Positions 1 to 9,482 of a stretch of 64,000 bases of DNA are shown one piece after another. This DNA comes from an uncultured Gemmatimonadaceae bacterium (GTDB lineage: Bacteria > Gemmatimonadota > Gemmatimonadetes > Gemmatimonadales > Gemmatimonadaceae): positions 576,001 to 640,000 of the forward strand of contig CAWHHI010000020.1 in assembly GCA_963829055.1 (NCBI GenBank), read 5' to 3'. The translations under genes and the position numbers were made by a program. A model generated the notes under the pieces. The model was given only the letters and a program-made list of their open reading frames with translations. It was not told the origin of the DNA and made no database searches. The first letter of the stretch is position 1. The number at the start of each line of letters is the position of its first letter.

Positions 1-1
1 A

Positions 2-154
2 CGAGCCGCGGTGCTTGCACACATGCGCGACCAGGGCGCCACGGCCATCGTCGCCGAGTCGCCGGCGCTGGGCGTGAACATCGAGGGATGGGAGCGACTG
101 CCGTCCGCCGGCGTTCCGCGCTCGGAGCTCATCGTGTACGTCGGATTGCGCTAG
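2..154 (+). CDS. 3' end of a hypothetical protein (partial, runs off the window start)
   Basis: Open frame RAAVLAHMRDQG...VYVGLR ending at TAG 152-154, just before pnuC. Confidence 0.5.
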   Translation, partial: RAAVLAHMRDQGATAIVAESPALGVNIEGWERLPSAGVPRSELIVYVGLR

Positions 155-162
155 TATTGCGC

Positions 163-801
163 ATGTCCTTCGATCAGCTCGTGAGCCTCGCGGTTGCCAA
201 CCGCTGGGAAGTCCTCGCCGTGGTGTTCGGCATCGTGAGCGTGTACCTGAGCACGCGCGAGCACATCTGGAGCTGGCCCACCGCGCTCGTGAACGTCGGG
301 CTGTACTTCGTCGTGTTCTATGAGGCGAAGCTGTACGCGGACATGGGGCTCCAGGTCGTGTACTTCGGGCTCTCGCTCTATGGCTGGTACGAATGGCTGT
401 ACGGCGGCGCCAACCGCACGGAGCTCCACGTCTCGCGCACCACACGACCGCTCGGCGTTAGGCTCCTGATCATCGGCATCGTCTGCGCGGCGGTGCTCGG
501 CACCCTGCTCGCCCGCTTCACCGATGCTGCGCTGCCGTACGTCGATTCGGCCACCACGAGCACGAGCCTCGTCGCGCAGTGGATGATGACGCGGAAGATT
601 CTGGAGAACTGGGCGGTCTGGATGGCGGTAGACGTCGTCTACGTCGGGATGTTCATCTACAAGCACCTCTACCTCACCGCCGGACTGTACACGGTGTTCT
701 TCGTGCTCGCCGTGATGGGGTATGTGCAGTGGAAGCGGTCCCTGGCGGAAAGACGGGAATCGGGAACGGGGAACCGGGAACTGGAAATCAGCCGCGTGTG
801 A
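163..801 (+). CDS. pnuC: Nicotinamide riboside transporter PnuC
   Basis: Multi-TM protein with W-x-WP, YADMGLQV, YGWYEW, PYVDS, AQWMMTRKILENW motifs; ATG at 163. Confidence 0.9.
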   Translation: MSFDQLVSLAVANRWEVLAVVFGIVSVYLSTREHIWSWPTALVNVGLYFVVFYEAKLYADMGLQVVYFGLSLYGWYEWLYGGANRTELHVSRTTRPLGVRLLIIGIVCAAVLGTLLARFTDAALPYVDSATTSTSLVAQWMMTRKILENWAVWMAVDVVYVGMFIYKHLYLTAGLYTVFFVLAVMGYVQWKRSLAERRESGTGNRELEISRV

Positions 802-1361
802 GCGGCTCGCACACCGGCCATCGTGCGGTTCCCGTTGTCGTGGTGACGGGGTCTGAATCGACGGGCAAGACCACGCTCGCGGGCGATCTCGCGCGTCATT
901 TCGGCACGGTGTGGGTGCCAGAGTACTCTCGCACCTATCTCGACGAGAAGACGGCGGCGACAGGGATGCCGCTCGATGCGAACGACGTCGAGCCGATAGC
1001 GCGCGGGCAGATCGCGGCTGAAGATCGCGGCATCACACAGGCGCACGGCCTGCTCGTTCTCGACACCGATCTCGTGAGCACCACCGTGTATGCTCGTCAC
1101 TACTACGGGAGTTGCCCGGCGTGGATCGATCAGGCCGCGCGCGAGCGTCGCGGCGATCTCTACCTGCTCTGTGACATCGACGTCCCATGGGTGCCTGACG
1201 AGGCGCGCGATCGCCCGCATGAACGCGCGCACATGCACGGACTGTTCGTCGGTGCGCTGGAGACGTTAGGCGCGCGGTACATCACCGTTCGCGGCTCGTG
1301 GGCGGAGCGCCGAGCGGCCGCGATCGCGGCGACGACGGCGCTCCTCGCCGGCAGTCAGTAG
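798..1361 (+). CDS. NadR-type ribosylnicotinamide kinase / AAA_28 ATPase (no adenylyltransferase domain)
   Basis: Walker A GSESTGKTT, VPEYSR, LDTD, DIDVPWVPD; GTG start overlaps the pnuC stop. Confidence 0.85.
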   Translation: MSGSHTGHRAVPVVVVTGSESTGKTTLAGDLARHFGTVWVPEYSRTYLDEKTAATGMPLDANDVEPIARGQIAAEDRGITQAHGLLVLDTDLVSTTVYARHYYGSCPAWIDQAARERRGDLYLLCDIDVPWVPDEARDRPHERAHMHGLFVGALETLGARYITVRGSWAERRAAAIAATTALLAGSQ

Positions 1362-1882
1362 CGAAGCACGTTCGTGCAGCTGACGGTGCCCTTCACGGCG
1401 ACGCCGGGCTGCGGCTGGAGGTCGAGCACTACGCGCGCGTCCTTCCCGTGGTCCTCGAGACGAACGGTTCCGCTACCTCCCTTGCGGCCACTCGTGGGGT
1501 TCGACCCGGACATGTAGAACGTGCCGTTCTTCGTGTCCATCACGGGACCGAATGAAAGAGACGCCTCGTAGTCGGCCGCCGGCGCAGGGCCTGTTCCGCT
1601 CGCGTCACGAATGCTCACGACGACGAATGTGAGCGCCCTGGGGTCTTTCGACCGAGCATCCGATTCCGGGATGCCGAAGTTCACGGAGAACTTCTTCGGC
1701 TTGCCGGCGCGTTCGGAGATCATGCATCCGACATCGGGCGGTGAGGCGAGTGTGTAGCTGCCGGCGTGTGGCCCGCCAATGACCTCGACGGTTGCCGTGC
1801 TCGAACGTCCCTGCGCGTGGAGATCGAGAACGCCGAAGACACAGAGCGCGGCGACACCCAGAGAATAATGCAAGCGAGACAT
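1355..1882 (-). CDS. Secreted hypothetical protein (paralog of 5747-6322)
   Basis: Signal peptide ending LHAQ, two Cys, beta-rich; C-terminus GGSGTV...KGTVSC. Confidence 0.7.
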   Translation of the reverse strand: MSRLHYSLGVAALCVFGVLDLHAQGRSSTATVEVIGGPHAGSYTLASPPDVGCMISERAGKPKKFSVNFGIPESDARSKDPRALTFVVVSIRDASGTGPAPAADYEASLSFGPVMDTKNGTFYMSGSNPTSGRKGGSGTVRLEDHGKDARVVLDLQPQPGVAVKGTVSCTNVLRY

Positions 1883-1923
1883 CGAGTTCCTCGGTGAATG
1901 ACAGAGTCGGTTGGTCGTGGCGA

Positions 1924-2593
1924 TCATGGCGCGGGTCGCTTCGCGGCACTCGCGGGCGGCACCGGCAGCGGCGCGGCCACCACCTTCTCCACCATGTTGG
2001 CGATGGCGGACTGCAGCGCCTTGCCTAACGGCGAATTGAGGAACGCCTGCGTGCTCCCCAGATCCCAGGCGCCGAGTGAGGTCCAGGCGGTGCCGGAGAA
2101 CTTGTTGTTCGTTTCCTTGCCGGTACTTCGCAGGCTGGCGATCTGCTCACCGCTGGCGACGTCGTAGAGCTCTCCCTGCAACGTGACGTTGGCCGTCACG
2201 GATCGGACGCCGACGTTGAGCGCCGTGCCGCGGATGCGTGGGAGCCAGCCACTCCTGGTCGACTCGTCCACACGCGCTTCCAGCACGGTGCCGACGAAGA
2301 CCACGTCCACTTTCTGCTGTCGACCGATCGCGACCGCCCGTGGCGCGATCCAGTTCCTCGATGCGCATGGCGGGATCGACGGTCAGGACGCGCGCCTCCA
2401 TCGCGGTGGCGTGCGCGACCTGGTCGTGCATCGTTAGGCTGACCGCCGGTCCGACAGCGCTGTTCCCGGAAGCCGTGGCGTCGCGGAACGGCAGGATGCC
2501 GAGCGTGATCGGTGCCGACCGGTGGCCTGCCGGGAGGCTCGTCATGGCGAGCACGGACAACGGCGCGATCCAGCGCCAGAGCATTGCGGTCAT
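1924..2593 (-). CDS. CsgG/FlgT/TolB-N-like secreted protein (frameshift near 2330)
   Basis: TLGILPFRD, then VDVVFVGTVLE...VTLQGELYDVASGEQI...PLGKALQSAI, a pattern typical of the CsgG-like fold; two ORFs joined. Confidence 0.6.
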
Positions 2594-3492
2594 GGCTTCC
2601 CTCCTCCGAGAAGAACGCTCTGGGCGCCCGCGGGATCGTTGTTCACGCGCGCCGGATTCACCAACACGTAGCCCTTGGCTGTCTCGAGCGATCCCGCCTC
2701 GACCATTTTCGATCCAGAGCCATTGTTGAGCTCCAGGTAGCCCCCTCCCTTTCTGCTCCACAGTTGCGCGAGTGTCTTCCCCTGGTCACTCGAGAGTCCG
2801 AACCACCCGCTGGCGCCATTGCCCTGCGCGCCCATCCAGGCTTTCGCCTGGCCGACGGACGCAACCACATTCGATGTTTTTGCGTTCGCCACCATCGAGA
2901 TGCGATTGGCCCCCCCGAAGTACAGAACGACGCCGATGTCATCAGTCATGCCGGCACCGAGCACGATGTGGTTGCCCTCCGGATTGCCGACCACGACGCG
3001 ACCCGCCGAGGCCGAGCCCTGCTCCACGCGAAACAGCGACTGTCCGTCGCCATCTACCACGACGAACGGTGCCCGCACGACGCGCGCGCCATTGGCTTTC
3101 GCGTTGCCGACCGCTTTCAATTGCGCCTGTGCCGCCTTCACGGCGGCGAGCGACTTCTCCGTGTTCGCGAGCGCCTTCTGCGTCGCATCCAGCTGTTGTT
3201 GCGTCGTGCCGAGCGACTTGGCCATGCGCGCGATGACGTCCTGCATCTTGAGCATGTTCTCGCTCATGAGATCGACCTCGTCGAGGTCCGCCGCGCGTCC
3301 CTGCTCGAGCTCCGTGACGCGGAGCGACAGCTTCTGCACGATGACCTGGAGCTTCACCAGATCGGCGGCCGCGGCAGGAGGCTTGACCTTTGCCGGCGCA
3401 GGCGCCTTTGCCGGGCCCTGTGCCTGGACGACGCTCGGAACCAGGGCGATTCCGCTCAGCGCGAACAATCCAATCCATCGGAGGTGTGACAT
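2590..3492 (-). CDS. Secreted coiled-coil plus Gly/beta-rich hypothetical protein
   Basis: Signal peptide, heptad region (LQVIVQKLSLRVTELE...QQQLDATQKAL), then APFVVVDGDG beta-rich domain. Confidence 0.7.
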   Translation of the reverse strand: MSHLRWIGLFALSGIALVPSVVQAQGPAKAPAPAKVKPPAAAADLVKLQVIVQKLSLRVTELEQGRAADLDEVDLMSENMLKMQDVIARMAKSLGTTQQQLDATQKALANTEKSLAAVKAAQAQLKAVGNAKANGARVVRAPFVVVDGDGQSLFRVEQGSASAGRVVVGNPEGNHIVLGAGMTDDIGVVLYFGGANRISMVANAKTSNVVASVGQAKAWMGAQGNGASGWFGLSSDQGKTLAQLWSRKGGGYLELNNGSGSKMVEAGSLETAKGYVLVNPARVNNDPAGAQSVLLGGGKP

Positions 3493-3544
3493 AGCATCCA
3501 TTCAGCGTTAGGGTCGGCGTTAGGAGAACTGCGTTTCGTCTGAT

Positions 3545-4639
3545 TCAGAGCCTGGCGGCGGCCAGGCGGGCGAGCTTTACGGCCGCGCCGGCGCCCGCGC
3601 CCGACATGCCGTACTGCACGGCGATCATCCGATCGCCCTTCACGAAGTAGAAAGTCCCGTCGGTACCACTCGATGCCTCGTCCCACGGGCCGTCCAGCGT
3701 GTCGGCCGCCGTCTGGTTCGAGAGCACGCGCCCGACGAACTGCGTCGCCCCGGCGAGCATCTTGAACGACGCAACACCATCGCTCCACGTCGGCGTCAGG
3801 ATCAGCGCGCGATGCTTGCCGAGGTAGTACGTGCAGCTCGCACCGTCGCCTCGGGCGAGTATGCTCGACTCCCGCGAGCGGTACGGACTCACGACGAGCG
3901 CCCCGAGCACGGTCGTCGCTTCACCTGGCGTGACGAGCGCGCAGGGATCATGGCCCGTCGCGGCGACGTCGGGGTCGCCCTTCATCTGCGTGAAAGGCAG
4001 ATCCGGGATGCCATCGACAAGACGCTTCGCCAGACTGTCGAGGCGCGCCCTGCCTAACCACGGAGCCTGGTCGCCCATCATGATCGAGATGTGCCCCTGC
4101 CGAGCTCCGTAGATCCCGGACACGCCCCCAGCCCAATCCAGTCCACCCTCGGACGCGGCTTCGCCCGGCGATGTCTTCGCCATCTGGGCCTCACCCAGTC
4201 CCGGGAGCTGCGCACCGAGTCCGGTCTCGAGCGTCAATCCGCCGTCGATGATGACCTCGACGGCCAACGCATACGGCTCGCCACCTAACGCGACGCGCGG
4301 CTGATAGAGGCACCCGTTCCCGTCGGGCGCGGGGTCCGCCCGCTCGGCGCCAACGATTCGCACCGGGTCCGCGGCCAGCGGACCGAGGACTCGCTCGACG
4401 CTATCGCGTGGAAGCCAGGCGCACGGATCGTGTGCGACGAGCTGCACCCGCGTCGACGGTAGTGCTGCGGATTGCGCCGCCATCGCGGCGGACGTCGATG
4501 CTTCCGCGCCGCGCGCGTCTGACCGCCCGCATGCCGCGCTGACCAGGCATACGGTCACGTACGCCATATGCCACGGACGACGCACGCGGTGCAACAGTGA
4601 TCGTTCCATGCTCTGCCTCGTTAGGTCCAGGGAGCTCAT
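3545..4639 (-). CDS. Lipoprotein with two tandem Cys-containing (DUF3558-like) domains
   Basis: Lipobox SAAC; repeats HDPCAWL...VLGPL...GCLY and HDPCALV...VLGAL...SCTY; start uncertain. Confidence 0.65.
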   Translation of the reverse strand: MSSLDLTRQSMERSLLHRVRRPWHMAYVTVCLVSAACGRSDARGAEASTSAAMAAQSAALPSTRVQLVAHDPCAWLPRDSVERVLGPLAADPVRIVGAERADPAPDGNGCLYQPRVALGGEPYALAVEVIIDGGLTLETGLGAQLPGLGEAQMAKTSPGEAASEGGLDWAGGVSGIYGARQGHISIMMGDQAPWLGRARLDSLAKRLVDGIPDLPFTQMKGDPDVAATGHDPCALVTPGEATTVLGALVVSPYRSRESSILARGDGASCTYYLGKHRALILTPTWSDGVASFKMLAGATQFVGRVLSNQTAADTLDGPWDEASSGTDGTFYFVKGDRMIAVQYGMSGAGAGAAVKLARLAAARL

Positions 4640-5742
4640 CGTGACGCGCCAGCCGGGCAGGGCCGCGTCAGTTCCACGCGGCGGTTGCTCGCACGCCCCT
4701 CGAGCGTCGCGTTCGATTCGCGCGGGCGCGTCGCGCCGCGGCCCACCGCCCGAAGACGCGTCGCCGCCACGCCCAACCGCACCAGCGCCGCTCTCACCGA
4801 CTCCGCGCGGCGGAGCGAGAGCACCTGATTCGCGGACACACCGCCGATGCTGTCCGTGTGCCCCTCGATCACCAGATTCCAGCTGGGGTGCCGGTCGATG
4901 AGCCGCTGCGCGTCGGCGATCGCCTGCTCCGACGCCGGCTCGAGCTCGGCGCTGTTATACGCGAAGTACACCCCGGGAAGCTCGGCTTCACACTTCGCAG
5001 CGAGCGCCGCCTCCACATCGGCTCCCGACGACATCCCGGGGACTTCGACGCGAACGACCTGCAGCACGTCGGAACCGGTGACGATCTTGAGCAGCAGCGG
5101 ATGCGCGCGATCGGCGAGCACCCAGAAGTCGATGTCCACATGCTTCTCGCGGAGCGCGAAGCGCCCGCGCAGCGCGAGCACGGGAACCGACACGCGCACG
5201 CCGTTCACCAGCAGCGGAAACGGCATCGGCGCCGCGGACGCACGCGACAGCGTTCCCTTGAACAGCGCTCGGCTGTTGAAGATCATGCGCGCGATGCCCA
5301 TGGCGGCGAAGCCATCGGGGCCATCGAGCATGGTGTACGCGTATCTGACGTCGCGCCCCGCGCTGACCTCGTCGTACGCCGCGGTCGACAGCGTGAACGC
5401 CGTGTACCCCGGCGTCTCCGACTCGTCGCCGCTGAAGTACACGGTGTTGAGCCTCGGGGCACCAACGAGATCGGCGCGGCGAACGAACCGGTTGAGCTCC
5501 GCCACCTGCTGCTCGCCGCCACGACGCTCGCGGAGATGCCATCGGTACGAGACACCCGCCGACGATGCGTCCTGCACGACGACCACATTCTCCCGATCAC
5601 CTTCGGGAAAGCGCAGCGCGGACACTATCGTCAGCCCCTGAACGAGCGGGATCCGGGCGCGGTCCTGCGCGTACGCGGCTGACGTCGCGGCACTCGAGGC
5701 CAACCCGAGGGTCAGCGTCAGGCGGCTCCATACGTTAGGCAC
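4636..5742 (-). CDS. OmpA-family protein (C-terminal peptidoglycan-binding domain) with a novel N-terminal domain
   Basis: Signal peptide; VYFAYNSAEL, IEGHTDSIG, NQVLSLRRAESV, NRRVEL. Confidence 0.9.
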   Translation of the reverse strand: MPNVWSRLTLTLGLASSAATSAAYAQDRARIPLVQGLTIVSALRFPEGDRENVVVVQDASSAGVSYRWHLRERRGGEQQVAELNRFVRRADLVGAPRLNTVYFSGDESETPGYTAFTLSTAAYDEVSAGRDVRYAYTMLDGPDGFAAMGIARMIFNSRALFKGTLSRASAAPMPFPLLVNGVRVSVPVLALRGRFALREKHVDIDFWVLADRAHPLLLKIVTGSDVLQVVRVEVPGMSSGADVEAALAAKCEAELPGVYFAYNSAELEPASEQAIADAQRLIDRHPSWNLVIEGHTDSIGGVSANQVLSLRRAESVRAALVRLGVAATRLRAVGRGATRPRESNATLEGRASNRRVELTRPCPAGASR

Positions 5743-5746
5743 GAGC

Positions 5747-6322
5747 TCAGCGCTCCTCGATGTTGGCGCAGTCGATCGTCCCGGTCAGCGTCACGCCTTC
5801 GTGCGTCTGCGCGTTGATGAGGAACCGGCCGGTGTCACCCGAGCGACGGACGATGACCGATCCACTTCCATAGAACCGGCCGTCGACGGAGCGCGTGTTC
5901 ACGACGTGCATCGTGCGAGACTGCGGATCCCCGAGATCGCCGAGCGTCGCTTCGAGGTAGAACGTTCTGACGACGCCATCGCTCCGGACGTCGGGAATCT
6001 CCAGCCGGACATGGTTGAGCGTTCTCGGATTCCGTATGCGCGGATCCGACCGCAGGAACCCGAAATCCACGTAGAACTCCCGCGGGCCGCTCCCGCGAAG
6101 CGCGGTGATCCGGCAATCGATCACCATCGACCGCAGCTCCATTGGTGGCGGATTGCTGCCCGAGGCCGGTCGGCCGCCGACCGTGAGACGCGCCACCACA
6201 CCGGAGGCGCGAACGACCTGTGTTGGGCCGGTCGGCACCGTCGCCGCCGCCGAAGCGACGACGGCAGCGAGGACGGCGTACGTGGGAACCGAGCGCGGCG
6301 CGAGTGTTTCGAGCAGGGGCAT
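5747..6322 (-). CDS. Secreted hypothetical protein (paralog of 1355-1882)
   Basis: Signal-like N-terminus; DCRI...FYVDFG...GSGSV...TGTIDC. Confidence 0.7.
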   Translation of the reverse strand: MPLLETLAPRSVPTYAVLAAVVASAAATVPTGPTQVVRASGVVARLTVGGRPASGSNPPPMELRSMVIDCRITALRGSGPREFYVDFGFLRSDPRIRNPRTLNHVRLEIPDVRSDGVVRTFYLEATLGDLGDPQSRTMHVVNTRSVDGRFYGSGSVIVRRSGDTGRFLINAQTHEGVTLTGTIDCANIEER

Positions 6323-6357
6323 GGCCGGATGACCGAGGAGTGCAGCGTGTGTCCCCG

Positions 6358-6417
6358 AGTCTGGAGCGCCGGCGTTACAGGGCCGTCCGTCTGGCCGTTA
6401 CTTCGCCGAGTAACGGC
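6358..6417 (-). promoter_or_regulatory. Putative SARP-type promoter of the 6322 operon
   Basis: Minus strand GTAACGG..CGGACGG..GTAACGC-N8-CAGACT; also a 9-bp inverted repeat GCCGTTACT/AGTAACGGC. Confidence 0.4.
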
Positions 6418-6456
6418 GCAATGTCCTGCGGTGCGCTATTATGGACGCGCCTTCCT

Positions 6457-9339
6457 ATGCCTCGACTCTTCACCCTGGGCCGATTCGAGCTGCAGTCCGA
6501 CGACTCGCCGCGCGGCGCCATCGTCTCGACGCAGCCCAAACGACTCGCGCTGCTCGCCTATCTCGCCGTCGCGACACCGCGCGGCGTTCACCGGCGCGAC
6601 ACTCTACTCGGGCTCTTCTGGCCCGAGCTCGGTCAGGACGAAGCTCGGCGTGCGCTGCGCCAGGCGCTCTATCACCTGCGACAGGTACTTGGCAGCGACG
6701 CCATCGTCGCTCGCGCCGATGACCAGGTGGGCCTGCTGGACGACACGCTCTGGTGCGACGTCGTCGAGCTCGAGCGAGGTCTCGACGCGGGCGATACCGC
6801 TAAGCTCTCGAGCTCGGTTGCGCTCTACCAGGGCGACTTCCTCGCCGGGCTCTTCATTCCGGACGTCTCTCCGGATCTCGAAGAATGGATCGACCGCACC
6901 CGCTCCAGACTCCGCCAGCGCGCCATCGACGCCGGGTGGAAACTGGCCGAGCAAGGGGAGGCGAGCGGAGACCCGTCGGCCGCGGCCGACGCGGCGCGGC
7001 GCGCGCACGAGCTCGCGCCTAACGACGAGGTCGGACTGCGCCGGCTGCTTGGATTCCTGTCCAGACAGGGGCGCCGGAGCGAGGCGTTGGAGACGTTCGG
7101 CGCGTTCGCCCGCCGGCGCGAACTTGACGGCGACGACCCGCCCAGCCCGCAAACACGCGCGTTGGTCGACCAGATTCGCACCAGTCCCGCCGCTCTGGAC
7201 AGAGCTGAGACGTCCGTCTCGCCAAGCCCGGACGTCACCCGACCCTCGATCGGGGACGTCGCGTTGCGCGAGCTGCCCCGTTCAGATCCATCGCCGACGT
7301 TGCCTGCGGCAACCTCCGCACCCGGCGCCTCGGCCCGCCGTCCATGGCATTGGGCGGCGGTGGCTGTGGGCATCCTGACCGTCGCGACGGGCGCAGTGTT
7401 CGCACTCCGTAGTCACGAGAATGACGCCACGCGCACCGATGGCGCGACGCTCGCACCGCGCGACCGCGTTCTTGTGGCGGACTTCGTCACGCGTTCCCGC
7501 GATTCGACGGTCGGTGGCATCGTCGCCGAGGCGCTCCGCATCGACCTGGGACAGTCGCCGCTCATTCGCGTGATGACGACCGCACAGACGCGCGGCGCGC
7601 TGCGCGGGATGGAGCGTCCCGTCGAAGTGTCGTTGGACGATTCGCTCGCCCGCGCCGTGGCGCTGCGCGAAGGGGTGAAAGCGTTCGTGACGGGAGACGT
7701 CAGCGCGCTCGGCTCCTCCTATGTGCTCTCGGTCCGAGTGGTGGCGGCACTGACCGGAGACGAGCTGACGGCGCTCCGCGAGACCGCGCGCGATTCGGCC
7801 GACCTGATCGACGCGATCGACCGTCTTTCCGGACGTCTCCGGCGCCAGATCGGTGAAACGCTGCGCGCCGTCCGCGCCGACCCGCCGCTTCCCCAGGTGA
7901 TGACCGGGTCACTCGAAGCGCTGCGCTTATACACGCGGGCGATGAACGCGAAGGATATCGCAGGCGATCGCGCGACCGCGGTGCGTCTTCTCGAGGAGGC
8001 CATAGCACTCGATCCCGCGTTCGCGACCGCCTACCGCATGCTCGGGTCGACGTACGCGTCGATGGCCGAGCCGGGCCGCGCCGAACGGGCGCTGGAACGC
8101 GCGTTCGCGCATCGTGATCGGCTGCCGCTGAGAGACCGCTACCTGACGATGGGCAGCTACTACCGGAACGTGACCGCCGAGTACTCGAAGGCCGCGGCGG
8201 CGTACCGGTCGTTGCTGGAGCTGTATCCCACGGATCTGGCCGGCCTCAACAACCTCGGTCTCGTGTTGATGCGGGAGCGTCAGTACGCGGCGGCGGAGAG
8301 TCTCTTCCGGCGGGTGCTCGCCGTGGATTCCACCATCCCATTGGTGCATCTGGGGCTGGCCGAGGTGCTCACCATGCAGGCGCGTCATGACGCGGCGCGC
8401 CTAACGCTCGACGACGTGTGGCGTCGATTCCCGGACTACCCCACGACCGAGCTCACCGAGACGTACGCCGCGGCCGCGCAGCACGACTGGTCGTCGGCAC
8501 AGCGACACATCCGACGGCGATTGGCACAGTCCAAGGGGCAGGCGACGAACGAGTCCGATGCGTTGTTGACGCTTGGACAGATCGAGCTCCTCAGCGGCCG
8601 GCTGGCTGACGCGGAGCGTGACCTCCTCGGCTCGATGCGTCTGTCGTCGAAGGAGGAGTCGCCGGGTCGGTACTACGCGGGAGCCATCGCGCTCGCGTGG
8701 CTCGAGCTGCGCTACCGCGGGCGGATCACCCACGCGCTCGAGCGGGTGAGCGACGTGCTCGCGCGATACCCGCTCGACAGCATTGCGGTCGCCGACCGTC
8801 CATACGGAGAGCTGGCGGAGTTTCTGGCCGCCGCTGGCCAGCGGTCGCGTGCGCGCGCGTTGCTCATCGCCGTCGAACGCGATTCAGCCGCTATGCGGCG
8901 GCTTGCCGCGAGCGAGCTTCACGCCGTGCGCGGGGCCGTCGCGCTGGCCGAAGGGCGCGGCCGTGATGCCGTCGCCGAGTTCACACAGGAGGACAAGGCC
9001 GAATCGTGCCCCGTGTGCGCCCTTCCCGATCTCGCGAGGGCGTACGAGCAGGCGGGCGACATCGAGTCGGCGATCGCCGCGTACGAGCGTTATCTCGACA
9101 CACCGTGGATCTGGCGGTTCGAGTCGGACGCCCCGAACCTCGGGTGGTCTCGACGTCGGCTCGGAGAGCTGTACGAGCAGCAACGGCAATTCGGTAAGGC
9201 CGCGGATCAGTATGCGAAGCTGATCGCGCTCTGGAACGATGCCGACCCGCAATTGGGCGCCGCCCTCACCGACGTTCGCGCTCGTTATGCTCGGCTCCGC
9301 AATGCCGACGTTAGTCGAGCTCCATCTGCCGGACGTTGA
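6457..9339 (+). CDS. SARP-like wHTH-BTAD transcriptional regulator with TM helix, TolB-N-like domain and TPRs
   Basis: LFTLGRFEL, QPKRLALLAYL, LFWPE, LRQALYHLR, LYQGDFL, EEWIDR; TM WAAVAVGILTVATGAVFAL; many TPRs. Confidence 0.85.
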   Translation: MPRLFTLGRFELQSDDSPRGAIVSTQPKRLALLAYLAVATPRGVHRRDTLLGLFWPELGQDEARRALRQALYHLRQVLGSDAIVARADDQVGLLDDTLWCDVVELERGLDAGDTAKLSSSVALYQGDFLAGLFIPDVSPDLEEWIDRTRSRLRQRAIDAGWKLAEQGEASGDPSAAADAARRAHELAPNDEVGLRRLLGFLSRQGRRSEALETFGAFARRRELDGDDPPSPQTRALVDQIRTSPAALDRAETSVSPSPDVTRPSIGDVALRELPRSDPSPTLPAATSAPGASARRPWHWAAVAVGILTVATGAVFALRSHENDATRTDGATLAPRDRVLVADFVTRSRDSTVGGIVAEALRIDLGQSPLIRVMTTAQTRGALRGMERPVEVSLDDSLARAVALREGVKAFVTGDVSALGSSYVLSVRVVAALTGDELTALRETARDSADLIDAIDRLSGRLRRQIGETLRAVRADPPLPQVMTGSLEALRLYTRAMNAKDIAGDRATAVRLLEEAIALDPAFATAYRMLGSTYASMAEPGRAERALERAFAHRDRLPLRDRYLTMGSYYRNVTAEYSKAAAAYRSLLELYPTDLAGLNNLGLVLMRERQYAAAESLFRRVLAVDSTIPLVHLGLAEVLTMQARHDAARLTLDDVWRRFPDYPTTELTETYAAAAQHDWSSAQRHIRRRLAQSKGQATNESDALLTLGQIELLSGRLADAERDLLGSMRLSSKEESPGRYYAGAIALAWLELRYRGRITHALERVSDVLARYPLDSIAVADRPYGELAEFLAAAGQRSRARALLIAVERDSAAMRRLAASELHAVRGAVALAEGRGRDAVAEFTQEDKAESCPVCALPDLARAYEQAGDIESAIAAYERYLDTPWIWRFESDAPNLGWSRRRLGELYEQQRQFGKAADQYAKLIALWNDADPQLGAALTDVRARYARLRNADVSRAPSAGR

Positions 9340-9482
9340 AGCGCAACTGCCGACTGGGCTCGGAGACTGATGCCTGACACCTCCTACTCAACGCTGGCGT
9401 GCTGAGTGACTGGCCAAGCCCTCGAGATGATGCCGGACGAATAACGTCGTTTCAGGCCAGTCGTGCGCTGCGCGATGGCGGA

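Noticed and set aside
5801..7378. Long Arg/Pro-rich alternative-frame and antisense ORFs (this one and many others)
   Set aside because: Shadow ORFs are expected in high-GC DNA; they overlap well-supported genes and lack recognisable motifs.
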